A DNA stretch of 64,000 nt, taken from positions 57,720 to 121,719 of the forward strand of contig NW_019091355.1 in the NCBI RefSeq assembly GCF_001949145.1, given 5' to 3'. Source of the stretch: Acanthaster planci (taxonomy: Eukaryota). This document shows positions 12,167 to 25,758 of the stretch, piece after piece (position 1 is the first letter of the stretch; each line of letters begins with the position of its first letter). The notes under the pieces were generated by a model, which was not told the DNA's origin, searched no databases, and was given only the letters and a program-made list of their open reading frames with translations. The position numbers were made by a program, and so were the translations under genes.

Positions 12167-15100
12167 AGATTGAGTGACAGAGTACTTGTCTCAGTAACTG
12201 ATCTTGAATCATAACTCAAGACATCCTAGCAACTCACACTAAGTCATTTAAATCTCAGGAAGAGCAACCGCAACCCTTCTCCTGAGATGTGAATGACTCA
12301 GTGTGAGTAAAGTGATAACTTGATGAACGACTCAACTACAGGGCTTAAACGAAGTTGAGTCAACGGAGGAGAAAATGTCCTTTCTGTGATAATATTTTCC
12401 AAAAATATTAGCAAATTTTTGGAGAATATTCATTCACAAGATACTTTGAGACTGTTTCACTTTTGCACATTGGTCCTTTATGTTACATTGATGATAACAT
12501 GGAGATGAACTTTATTGAATGATTCATGTTGAAAACACTGTGAAGTTGTAATACTTTCTTTGAATTAGTAATCTCCATGTAGATGTTCCATTCATGTATA
12601 AGCCATGCTTGCTATGCCTATTCATTGCTAAAAAATACCTTTGGTGGATGTTTGTTATCATCATATATCATCATTATCTACATGTGCCTGATAACTTCCC
12701 ATTAAAATGTGCAAAAGTTCAGGTATATTTCAGAACCTCAAGATTAGTCGGTACAATGTGTAAAAGTTAAGCTGATGAATACAGAAAAAAATGTTCGCCT
12801 CAGGTGAAACAGAAAAAGCATATTGAAAAGAGAAAAAAATTTTCAAAAAAGCTTTAAAGAAGTTAACTTGAAGTGGTGAGGAAAAGTTTGTCATAAACTA
12901 CAATGTGTTCAAGTTAAAGCTGAGTTTAGTGTATGAGTTGATACACGATCAAAAGGGGGAATCAAAGGAAAACGTTTTTTAAGAAAACTTACAATAAAGT
13001 TGTCAAGAAAATTCTTCATTCCGAAGGTCGTAAAGACATTTTTCAAGAATTCACAGCTTATTTATTACATTATTAGTTTATTGCTTTATTTTTCAAATAT
13101 TGTACACACGTAATTGTTTTCATTCCAAGCATGTTGAGTTGTTGCTGCTGTGCGGGGCATTTCAATGTGTTTGGAATGATATTTACTTCTTTGATGTTCT
13201 TATTGACTAACTCAAAAAGATTTTGCTTTGTTACTTGGTTTGAGAACTAATGGTTGAGGGTTGTTTTTTATGTCTACACGTTTTCATTTCAGGTTTTGGA
13301 AATGATAACTTTGTAGTGATTACTTTGAATTTGTAAGTTTTTCTTGCGCAACGTTTTCGAAAGAGATTGCGTCATGAAGTGTCGGAGTGACTCTTATTAT
13401 GAAGATCTGTAGAGACGTAGAAAACTTGGTAAAGAAACTGTTAACTGTTGAGAATACTCTTTAAGAATTACGTATTGTCACAGAAAAGCTGTATAGGCAA
13501 TAATAGCATTATAAGATTCAGATAGATTTAGATTGATGTCGCAGAAATGTGCATCACCACTACTCCAATAATGTTTTTTGAAACCGTTACGAGTTGATAG
13601 AGCTACTTTATGATAGATAAGTGTGTAGGCTTAGGATTCGTGTTTAGAGTCTTTTTTTTTTCAGATGCCTTTTCTGGTGAGACAAAATTTGACTTAGTTT
13701 TGGGCACAAAACGATTTGGCATGAAGAGTGATGTAAGTTGCCGAATGCGTTTCAGGTCATGAGAAATATGAAATAAGAATTATCAAGTAACTTGAAACAA
13801 AAGTACAAAATTATCGAATATTGCATGTTTCACCAGGTAGGGCCTGAGTATTAATTAATTATATCTGCTCTTATTTCGTGATAGTGACAGAATACAACAC
13901 GTATTGTAATGAAAGTGTTGCACATGTATTAAATAGCATCCTGTTTGGTAAACAGGTTAATTAGCATAATGCATATTTCATACGAATAAAAATGCTGATG
14001 TTACGCAGAAACTTGAGAAAATACTACATGTATTTGAATTGGTGTACTCGGTGATGAAACTGAGCATGACGACTGATAAGTAAGACACAAAAATTAACAT
14101 ACTGGAGCTAGACTGAGAGGAGGTTTGCGTGTATGTCATGTGAAATCGATCTTTTCCAGGGCACTCTTGTCGTCCTCCGAAGGACAACAGAAGGACGACC
14201 AGAGCATCATGGTCAAAACGTTGAGTTTACACTCGCCAGTTCTTCTCAGGACTACTATTTTTACAGCAGAGATCGATTTCACATGCTGTACCCACAAACC
14301 TTTTCTTAGTGATTTAAAAAGAAAAGTTCAACATTCAGTAATAAACTAAGATTTACCAAGCAGGATAGTTGCACTGTTTGCTATATAACTGCTTGCTTTG
14401 TCAGATATGATACGGCTTTATTTACAGTAACCAAGTTTATCAATATGTATGTGTTTTTTTGCCGATCGCTCATCATAATCTCTGCCCCCAACCTCTAGAA
14501 ACCATTTTAACCTAAATACTGAACAAAAATGCTTTCATACTGTGGTCAGTTTTCCTCGGATCAATGACCTTATGACAAATCAAGTTACACACTACATGTT
14601 TTTCATTTTTCATGTGAATATTGAAAAAAGTGAGATTTGAGTTTGCAACTGTTGGAATACTTGCTGTATAAATGTCGACATTTTACTCAGATGTGTGCTT
14701 AATTTTGATTGTTGCATCACACAGACTTTGTTGTTTTTTGTGTAGTTTGTTGTTTCGGCGTTAAAGGCGTAATAAACACAAAATGTTAGCATTTTTGTGC
14801 TTCTGCTAGTTTTTGCATGTACAGTGGTGGTCCTGAGCATTCCTCCTTTTAAGGAAGGGTGTGTATTTCATTGAATGCGCCCCTTCAGACGTTTCAAACT
14901 TAAGAAGTGGCAGTGGAAAGTTAAAATTGAAAAAGGTCATTGAAACAAAATTTCGGCTTATTTTGCTCGTATGCATATGATGAATCTCGATCAAGACTAG
15001 TTTCAGCAATGACGTGCTTCGCTCACAGTGAGATCTGTGACCATATCACGAAAACTAGACCTCGTGAAAAAGAGCTTTAAAAATATCTACTCATTTCAGG

Positions 15101-16155
15101 GCCAAAAATAACTTTGGGAATAGTACATCTCATAAACCTTGCAACCAATACACATGTATTTAATGAAAACTCTAGAAACTTTGGGGGGTTTTATTGTTGA
15201 CCATTGAAAATGGCACTAATGAGCTTTCGTAGTGTGTCATAATAATTATTGCACAAGGTTAAAAAATCCCTCGATTTCGCAAGAGTATTGTGGTGCCAAG
15301 GGTAATTCCCCTTTCCACACAATGTGACACGTAGACGCTTGTGCAAATGCGGGCTGGAATTACCATTAGAAACGCAACTTCACAGGAAGACTGTTCAATG
15401 CTCATGCTCACTGTTTTTAACAGTAAGTCCAGCAAAATACGGTAAGTTTCTCTTTTCCTTCCTCCGTTTTGCCATATATACATGAACTTAACTGAGCCAC
15501 GATGATGTTTCGAAAAGCATACTGTTACTTATGTCTGACATCGCTGCAGTGAATTATACATAACTATACTCCCACAACACTGGAATCATTTTCAATTTTT
15601 TACTGGTTTGTTCAGATGGAGTAGTGTGTAAACACAATCATTAAATGAAGTTTACACGTTAGAGTATTAAATATTGTTCACAATTCTGAACATAGTATGA
15701 AATTTATGCTCTCTTGTCAAAATACATGTTGAAATTTTAGTCAGAATAAACAGCAGGCATACAGTTTGTGGGTATAGCATGCAGCCTATAATCTTAACAA
15801 TTCTTGCCGGGGAATATTTCCTTCTGAGCGGTTGCACGCAAAGGATATCGTAAGAATTAAAAATTGGCATTTACGCTACTTTTTGGGATGACTATTTCTA
15901 GGGCATGATTGCTGGAAAAAGGAATGTATATACCGATCACTGGTGAATTCCACTCCTATTTCATTTTGCTGGACCAGTAAGATTACGAAATGCACTACAA
16001 CAGAAGGGATTGTTCAACTATTCAGTACTATTTATAATAGGCCTACATTATGTTGTGTCTATACTTCGCTTCCAAAATGTGGTCTTTCCTCAACAGAAAT
16101 GAAATGAAACAGTCACTGAGTTGCATGTAACGACCAACAAACAGACCACAGTGAA

Positions 16156-19100
16156 ATGGATGAGGAAAAGACACTAAAGGACTTGCAATATGAAGTGGAT
16201 CAACTGGTAAAGGAAAACCAACGCCTAAAGCGGTGTGTCAGGGGTGTTAAGGTAGTAGGTACGTAAGTAAATTGAAACGTTTGATATGACGTCTTTTTTG
16301 TTTCCAGAAAAAAAATCGTTTGCAGCTATTATGACCGTAATATGCAGTCCTATGTGTTTTGCAACGCAGATACGATAACACTCTTTAGTTGATAAGGGGG
16401 ATCTTGGGTTTGGGCCTTTGAAGTTCAGAAAATGTGTAATACAAAAACTGCCGTGAACTGTTTGCTTGCTACTGTCACAGGGTGACATGTAATGTTTGGA
16501 TCCTAGCGGTGTCTTTCTCAAAGATAAAAATTAACCTTTTAGTTGAAAGACCAAAATGTAATTCATTTGTACACAGAATCAACTCAGTACACGCCATCTT
16601 AAAAATAAATTGAAAAAAAAACTATTTATCAATTCATTCTATGACTATCCCTCTCAGGTCGTGCATTACAAGAAGCGAAGAAAGAAGTAAAATACCTCCA
16701 AAGGCAAGTCAATGAAGGTCTAGTACCGAGCTCTGGCACTGTTCATCCCAGTGACGATGGTGGTACAGGTATGCTATTCGAGACTCTTCATACTTGGGTA
16801 AAATAAAGCAAATACATCGAATTATAAGGAATCTTTCGCGGTTATACATACTGAGTGGGGGGTGACATTGAGAGGGTTAAAAGGCTCGTAGAACTTGGAG
16901 AATTTAATGTTGGGATCTTTGCAGAGTCTTTCTCCAAGACAAAATTAACCTTACGGTTTGAAGACCAAAATGTTATTCATTTGTACATGGAATCAAATTA
17001 GCACATGACATCTTTATGTGTTAGTTGGCTTTGGTTGAAATTGTAGCACTCGTAAGGGGCTGTCCATAATTTTCATCATTTTCACGAGCGTATAACCGTA
17101 CGGGGAGGGGGCTAAGACCTTGTGTACGCTTTTTCCGAATAAATTATGAAAAATCATGATCTGTCAACGTGTGAATCGGAAGTAAGCTACCGGTATCTCC
17201 GCGCCGCTTCCTTTATGCCATATAGCAACTTCTGTTCTATCCTCTGTAAAGGATAGAACAGAAAAGGCCTACTGTAGGTTTTCCTAGCCAAATTCAGCGA
17301 AAATCCGCTCACTTTCGTCATCACGTATTCACATTCGCACAGAAGCTACGCTTCCGTTGGTTTGTCTTGGAGTTCTTTTTCCAAATTCTGACATTCAAAT
17401 TTGTTTTCGTGCACACAGTTTTTTTAGCTTCATTCATTCAGTTTCGTTTCCGAATTTGTACTTCGTTTATGGGCATTCTACACTTTCGCAATTCTTCAGT
17501 GTAATCTTTGCTCCATTTTTCCATTAGGTGCAGTCAAATTAAACTTCATCGACGCTTTAGGATTTTTTACCTGCGCGTGAATTTCGTTTCCGTTTAGAGT
17601 AAATCTCTTTCCCGTTCTGAGTGTTCAATTTAGGAATCTTGGATATACCGTCGGTCTTTCATTGTAAGTTGTTCTGTGTGATATTCTTGTTCCATAATCA
17701 TTGTTTTGTTGATTGAGAATGATTCCCGTGTATCCTTTATTTTGTGTCTGTATCTATGCATATTTCTTGAGTAAAATCATAATATTTTTATTTTGCTCTT
17801 TCTTGTGTGTACTGATGCTGTGCGTTTTGTGTTTCACATTTTAAAACAAAAAAACGAAAAAAAAGATGAAAAAATCTCGTTTTCTCTGCAACCGTTAACA
17901 AGCTTTTCCCACCCTTCGATGCTCAATTTCCTGTAAGAATCAGGCCATCACAATATTTGTACAAAGTTACGTTGAAAAAAAGCTCTCGTTTTAAACATTT
18001 TTCCTTGGAAAATCAGATTTTGTGCAGGATCCAGAAAGAGTTTATCAATGGAGCGAATTTGAATTACCACGAGTGAAACGAGATTGCGTATTGACTCACT
18101 CGAATGCCTGATCAACCTCTTTCTAAGCCCTTAGACGAATGTGAATCAACCAAACGACCTTTGGATTTTGAATGAACATGTTTCCAGAAACAGTGTTCAA
18201 TAACGAAATCGAATACCTGCTTTTAATTTTCGAATACTCGTGTGAAGGAATATTCTTTTTAGAGCGAATTTAAATAGACCCCGTGTTAAAGTGAACGACT
18301 TTCTTGCAATTTTCACTGCTTTTTAAGCCTTAACTTTTAAGGTGTTGTTTTAACAATGTTTTATTTGAAATTTTCATTTCTGTTAACCACAATACTGTTT
18401 ATCACTGCGCATCGGCAATAGGGACTCATAGGCCAATGGACCTCTCCATCCATCATCATGCCCGCTGTTGTACACTTTGGAAGGGGAGGGGGTAGTGAAG
18501 TCTACTTTTTGTACACTTATGAAAACGATGAGAATTATGGACTGACCCCAACGCCCTTTACTTAGGTCTATTCTGTAATATTACCCGTGCACTATACCTA
18601 GTCTTCCAAAAATCAACTCTTTCTTGCCAGTTTTAAAAGTGAAGTACTTCAAATCCTCTTAGTCCCTGTCAAAGGATGTTACCAAAAGTAGCCACTGGTA
18701 TCATTCTTACATTTAATTGATTATTATTTCTTTCTGAAGTAGTGCCCTGTTTCATGGTCCCACCGAAAAGTGATGTTTCGCCTACAGCGGAAAATGTTCT
18801 CGAAAAGGCGTGTCAAAGAGAGACGTTAGTCGAACATCGAGTGAATGAACATCAAGTGGCGGACAGCCAGGGCCTCATTGGCGATGTAGGGAAAGGGGCA
18901 GAAAAGCCCCGAAATGAGAAACAATACATGTATGTAGGAGAAGATGAAATAGAGACTAATCCCCAACTGGAACCTGTCCAAATCGAAGATACAGGAAAGA
19001 CTTGGCCAATAACAAACCAGGCAGGCAAAGATAGAACGACGCCTGAAGGTAATGATGAAAAGCCAGCGGTCGAGGCTGACCAGGACGTTACCGATATCGA

Positions 19101-22100
19101 TGCAGTTGAAGAACTGCTAAAGGAACTCCCAACAATTACTACATCCTCCGCCTCTGACAAGGCAACGCCCCGTGACGTCATGAAATGGGGGGAGAAGTCT
19201 ACAACCACTATCACCAATGCTGGAGATGGCTTTGCAGTTAAGACTTTAGTTATGCAAGAGAAATCCAGCTTACAAAGTCAACTTAAAGAGGTTTGCATGT
19301 GCATCCAAGATTAATACTTATTTTCAACTCATAATGTACAGTATCTTGAAAGGAAGTTGAACAAAATGAATTCATGTATTTTGTAAAGACAAATGCCAAT
19401 TTTAGGTTTTGTGAACTGACGCACAATCACACTGGTCAAACGTGTCACTATATCTTTATATTCATCAAGATGTAAACAACAAAAACTGTGTCTATGGATC
19501 AGATTCGCTAATAGTGAAGTTTTTTCTAATAACCCTAGACGAATATTGATTATTTGCTATTCTGTGGCACTATTATGCAGCTTAAAAAGGTCAACTTGGA
19601 TTGGGGGAGATTTTGTAAGGAGCAAACATCAAGGTTCGTCACGCAGTTGGCGGAAAAAGATAAGGCAATCTTGAAACTGCAGAAACAAATCGACGAAGCA
19701 AGTATGGAAGCCACCAGGAGGGCCAACCAGTATGATCAAATGCTCCTAGCAGCAAAGACACGAATTGATAAAGTCGAGGTAAAATCAAACATTAAAATCA
19801 GGGTTTCCGAATTTGGCTGCAATTTATGGCAAACCGAAAATTAGCCAACTTCTTTCTTTCATGCTTTCAATATTCACCTTCTTATCTTTATTCCATGCAT
19901 GTTGAAGGAGCAAAACAAGGAACTTCAGTGCCAGCTAGATTCTCAACGAAACCGGGCCGAAAAATCAGACCAACTGAGCCGAAATTTAGCGAGGCAGAAT
20001 AAGAACATGACTGATGAAATTGCACGCCTGAAAGAGGTATGAAATTAGCACTCTTAAGGAATAACACAAGCTTCTGACATTATAACCATAGTTTTTGTGC
20101 ATTGAGACCGAACATGCATGCGTCTCATGGCTTTGGTAGAAAAATAATTATGAACGTTGTTTCACATTAATTTTAATGCAGGCTCTTGAAAGAAAACATT
20201 TGCAGAAACCGAACATTAGGCAGTCCCCAACCCTACCTGTTCAGCTGATAAAACTCCAGCCACACACTTCAAGGGAAGCTGACCAGAAAGAAGTTCAATC
20301 TCCTCAAACTGAGGCTAATCCAACAGCACCACAGTCTCACACTCAACCTCCCCCAATAGTCGAGTCATGCTCCGCCTTCGTACCATTACCACTCTCAGCA
20401 CCTACGGATGAGGTGCCTGCAGCTGGGAAAATATCCAAACATGAAACTGGTGCACCGATATCCCCAAACAAGACAACACAGCCTGCAGGCAGAAAACCGG
20501 CAAACGGCACATGTGCCTCTGCGTCAGTAAACTGGAAAGGCACCAATGAAATACACGACGAGGCCATTTGTCAGAGAAGTTATACCAAAGAAGAGTTGAA
20601 AGAGCAGGTTGAGTTACTCCGGCAGCAGGTATTATGGACGGGTCCGTTTAGTGCTGACTTACGAATGTAAAACAGTAATATTTACTGGGCATTAATGTGT
20701 ACACGTGTTATTTTTCTATCCATTGTAATGTTATGTGATAAACAACTTATAAACATTAAAGGTAACCCTGATTTACAATGACAAATTCCCAGTCCTTCAA
20801 ACGCCATGTACATCAGCATCTGCCTTCCACTTCGTGATGTTGTTTCCTTCTAGGCTGCTGTAAACCACTGATCGGTCCTTTTGGTTCACTCTCCCAGCTG
20901 CCAGTGTGTTTCCTGTAACATTAGTAATACCTCTTGTGGCTGTTGTTCACCTAGGCATTTTATATGAAAAAAATGATGTTGAAAGGCCGTGCACGCTTAA
21001 CCTGTAATCTGTATTACCACTTCCTTCTGTCAGTCTAGCCCAAAACAATCAGTGGCCAGAAAAAGGAGTGTATATCTCTGATATTTGGAGCTAAAGTGGT
21101 GGAGGGGCTTTTGATTACAAACCTGTAAAATGCACCTCAGTGAACCTCATTTTCAACTTTAGTTTCACTATTTCAAAGGGCATTCCAATGTCTTTTTGCT
21201 TTTATGCTAATACGCATTTCTATATTCATGAGCAAAACTGTGATGAACCAAATAGGAATGCAGAGTTTACATACAATGAAGAAAAGAACAAAGATGCCAT
21301 CTGTTTGGCAAACTGCAAACAAATCATTGTGACTAAGAAAAATTCATTACAGCTACACTTTAAGATAAGATTTTCCTCACAAACTGTAACATCCTGATTC
21401 TTGACGTTTAATTGATCCACAGAATCAGATGTTTGAATCTGACTTTAAGAAGGAGAATGCAGACAAGATGAGGGCTATGGATAAATTGCAAAATTTGCAG
21501 CGTGAACTTGGCAAAAGTAAAGGTCGCCTTGAGGGCTACGGACATCGAAACAAGGTAGCAATTTATTTTGTTTATTGGAAAAGATCGGACAGCCCAACTT
21601 TTGGTTGATGTTAATTTTTTGCACCATTCAATGTTTTAATTTGTTTGTCAATTTGTAGGCATATGAACGAGATTTACAACGTCCAGGTGTGGTAAAATCG
21701 TCGGAGCCTGTGAGAGGTCCAAAGGAACAAATGTACAAACCACCCAGTGAGGACCGAGGGGTCAAGCCCCACAAGACAAATCGTAAATCAAAGGTGGGAA
21801 AACGCTCAAATGTTTGATTGTTATTCCGAAATTCAACATTATTTTTGTGACAGAAAACAATTTGTTCTGCAGTAGATGAGTTTGATAGATTTAGTAAAAC
21901 AAATTGCATAATGTTTTATCTAATAAAGCCAGTGGCCAAGGACAGTAAGGAAATGACTGTTGTCCATGTGGGTGGACACACCTGTACGCTGGCCCAACCT
22001 GGAGCCATTATCATCCAGGCTGAACCAGAAGGTCAAAGGTTAAACATCAATCTACTGGGTGTGGAGGAAGGGAAGGCGGGGAAAAAACGACGCGATATGG

Positions 22101-22315
22101 AGCCTTTCATGTGTCCCAGGTTTGTATACTTAAGATCAACTGACAACTAAATAGTCCGTGTCTTTACGCATGGCAAATGATTACTTCTCGCGATGTTAGA
22201 ATGTGGCAAATGATATTAAAGTTTGCTTTTTTTCCGCTCCTGCAGGTGTCAGCGGATATTCAAGGGAACAGACTGGGAATCGTACGAATATCATATTGTC
22301 CAGTGTAACATTTGA
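16156..22315 (+). CDS. TNIP1-like: TNIP/ABIN-family adaptor, paralog B (about 688 aa; TNIP1-type N-terminal coil, divergent UBAN, C-terminal CCHC zinc finger)
   Basis: Exons 16156-16258, 16658-16768, 18740 (or 18743)-19290, 19581-19778, 19908-20036, 20182-20628, 21423-21554, 21659-21793, 21929-22119, 22246-22315; frame continuous to TGA. LVKENQRLKRCVRGVKVVGRALQEAK resembles the TNIP1 N-terminus. Also LKKVNLDW...YDQMLLAAKTRI and ELLRQQNQMFESDFKKEN. The protein ends CPRCQRIFKGTDWESYEYHIVQCNI. Confidence 0.85.
17056..18549. mobile_element. Non-autonomous TIR element (PIF/Harbinger-like termini) in intron 2 of paralog B
   Basis: Left end ggggctgtccataattttcatcattttca follows TAA; the right end reverse-complements to ggggtcagtccataattctcatcgttttca. 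No transposase ORF, and the right target duplication is not intact. Confidence 0.55.
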
Positions 22316-24323
22316 GTCGATCACACGAATATTGCTCAGCGTTACATTTAAGTTTGACGATTTTAAATTGTCACTAACTGTTACTCATGAACACAATGAC
22401 CGGCGCTACTACTATACGCCCATTCAAAAGTCAATATGATGGATTCGACTAAGCCTTGGTGAAGAGCTACACTTATTTCTCCAAAAATTGTTTTCATGAC
22501 ACTGATGTTTTGTCACTCCAAATGTGAGCATGATTATGATGAAAACTTAAGTCAGCAGGTAACATTTTTGCAAACTGTCATACACCAAGGTCCCAAAGGG
22601 TGTCCAAAAGAGTACCAGTATAACAGCATATGAAAGAATGAATTGAGACTCAGGAAGTTATTCTGGAAAATTAACTTGCGAATAGACTCGGCAAGAAATT
22701 ACATGCAACTTCAAGTGCAGAAAAAATGCCTTGACTTTTAAAACACATTGTCGTCGGGATAAGAAAACGTATTACTATTTGATATAACTTTTAAAGACTT
22801 CGTTTTTATTGAGTGATTATTTCAACTCGTTTTAGCATGTCTTAATTTTATCTGCATCACCTTAGAGTCTGTTCTAACCTGTAACTTAATTCTTATTGGA
22901 AGATTCGTCTTCAACTCGGCGTATAAAAGCGGTGGAGTCTATTTTTATGAACACACAGGACGGGATACACACATTTTTTTTCAATGGGGGTGATTCACAA
23001 TAATGCGCCTCAAAAAGTACGCAACGCGTTGACCAACGACGATGCACGAAATCTGTCGACCTAATGCGCGTTTAGAAGGGGTTGACAAGTTTCGAGCGTT
23101 GTGATTGGCCAATGCGTTGCTAACTCTCGGAGGCGGACTATTGTGAATGTTAAATGATAGGTAGTAAAATCTTTATAAGTTAAGTACGGGCACTAAGGGC
23201 GACATGTGCCTAGTTGTTCCTCACTTGTAGCATAGAGAATGTGTCCTTTTACATCACTAGTTTCTGCTAAGTTCCTTCAACTCGGAAGAAGCTACATCAT
23301 GTTTTTACATTTTGAAAGACAATTCGAAACGTCATTTCTCTTTAGATTTGCAGTGTAACTTTGATATCATGTACATGTAGTTCCAAGTGATAGATACTTA
23401 ATCAGGGGTAATTGCAAGTAAGCAGATTACAACATGAAATTCATGTGGATTCAAATTGGTTCTCTATTGACCTGAGGATTCCTAACAAATATTGATAAGA
23501 TCTTAGGTGACGTATCGCTTACGGCTGACTTGTAGTTCATGACGCAACATGTCAGGGATCACCGGAGAAGCCCCGTCTGGCTTGGAAGCTACTTATTTCA
23601 GTTTGGGGTGTACTTTACATAATATACAATAGCACGAAATACCCAAGAAAGAAGTTTTCTTGACATCAATACATGTATATACAAAAACAACTGAACAGTA
23701 TGGAAAAACCAGCTTTGATCAATAACAGCTGCGGCGCTTTATATATTTTCGAATGCCAAACGAACGTATTTAGTCATAATGGATGTATTATAGGATCTTG
23801 GAATTCTGGAGTTTGTCAGTCACGCGATGGCTGATACCGTCATACCGGAACCCTTGAATCAAATAAGAATAGTCAGATTCAGTGTAAATTGTTAAAACCA
23901 GACTACCTTATTAGACGTAGGATTGCACTACACTAAATATGCGTCCACAGAAAACTGCACAATATGACAGAACTAGCGCAGCAGGTTACCCTCAGGAAGA
24001 TAGTGGCCTCGCTTGCTCCTCTGAAAATTAAAGTTTACGATCATGCACAAGCTCAGTTTTCTTCTCAATTTCATAAGAGTTCGCCTGTTTTTTATTCGCC
24101 CTTTCCCGAAAATACCTCCCAAACAAAAAACTACCGCTGCGCTCAGGTCTCAGGCTGAATCTTTCTAATTCTGGCCGGTCCCTAGGCCTGTATCCAATTT
24201 CAGTCCACAAGTTGGAAATTTTGCGAAAGAAATGCCCCAAGCTTCAATGGAATCCAGAAACCCAGGTTTGTGATTTATAGAAACATCTCTACGACTGTCA
24301 CCAATTGTGGCAACCCATGGGAT

Positions 24324-24692
24324 CAGTGGCGTAATTTTGTTCCAGAAATTGGGGGTGGGGGTGGGGAAAGGTGGAAGGAGATGACTTGCCTGACCATGAA
24401 AATTGGAAAAGCGGGTTTGACACCATACGACCCTGTAGACAGGTTGATGTTCATGATGTTTATGTACATCTGTAATATTTATTCAGAATGGCATATTCAT
24501 GGCTTTTAAAAACTGTTTTCCTTTTTATAGTGAAATTGAATGCATTTTAGCCGTCGGGAGTCTGACAAATTCTTCACCGTGCCAATGCGCTTTAATTTTT
24601 TGTTCACCGCAAAAAGTTGGGGGTGTGATTTGACAGTCCACCCCCACCCCCAAGTAGAGAATATACCCCCTACCCCCAGATTTACGCCCATG
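24324..24692. mobile_element. hAT-like MITE
   Basis: Termini cagtggcgtaa ... ttacgcccatg; flanking 8-mers catgggat and cctgggct match at 6 of 8 positions, consistent with an aged 8 bp target duplication. Confidence 0.5.
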
Positions 24693-25752
24693 CCTGGGCT
24701 TACAACATATTAAATTGATCACTAGGTGTCCTCCAGTCCCTGCAAATAAAAAACAGAGCTCGCGCGTGGAAATCTAGCGACACGATTGGGTAGCGCCCTC
24801 AAGACAAACAGCGGCCAGCCATCGATAGCCCCGTCGTGTAAAATTCTCGTTGAATAAAGAGCAAGGATTGTGATCAAAGCAGGGCTAGGGCCACGTAGTT
24901 CTTAAGTTTCATCAATGTCACAAACGAACAAAATGGACTCTATTTGCATCCTTCACCATGGAGATAGTACACACTGGAAAAAAAACCGTATAATTTAAGA
25001 CGCGCAACCAGCGCCTTACCCCCTCCGCAGTACATCGGGCTAACGCTTGGGAAAATAACGAAATATACCAGGAGTCAAAGCTCGACCAAAAAGCTTTAAT
25101 TTAATTGAGGAATCTTGTGACTTACAGGAGACAATTCCCTCAAAAAATAACCCCGCTTGAGTTGTAAATAAAGTGCCGAAAACTCAAGTATACTAGATGC
25201 TTGAGTTTTTCTATTTGGAACATATTTTGGAATGGATGCAGGGGAGAGATCACAAGAATACATCAAGTCCAACATCTTACCATCTAAGCTGCTTAGGACG
25301 TGATAACACAAGACAAGCCAAAGAAAGAATACCCTTATTTCCTGTCACTCGTGCGACAATTAACAAAAGACCGATAGATTTAATTCAGTAACATTAATCC
25401 TACAGCACTGTTAATGCATTGCTTGAGACAAAGATCTCAATTGAGATTTCAAGTAACTGTTGGCAAAAACACCATAGGAGGCCGCTGTTTAGTTTTAAGT
25501 ATTTCTTTATTCAAGACACTGTGTACAGCAATTGATCGGAATTCAGGCATTTCAACTTTGTTTCTATTAAATTTTTGAGTAGACAGATGTACGTGGTAGT
25601 TTTTGAGTGATTTTTCTAGGTTGTATTGGATGAACCAGAAACACTCTTCCTTCCTTTGGTCTGTACAACAGACAGGGTTAGTGTTGAACAAGAAAACAAG
25701 ATTGTGTATGAAATTAATAAACTAGAACTTATTTTTAACACCACATTCTGCT

Positions 25753-25758
25753 TTTATT
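25753..25758 (-). terminator. Polyadenylation signal of RPL34
   Basis: AATAAA on the minus strand about 100 nt after the RPL34 stop codon. Confidence 0.65.

Noticed and set aside
18852..20567. Minus-strand ORFs of 121 and 74 aa
   Set aside because: Antisense shadows of the large exons of TNIP paralog B.
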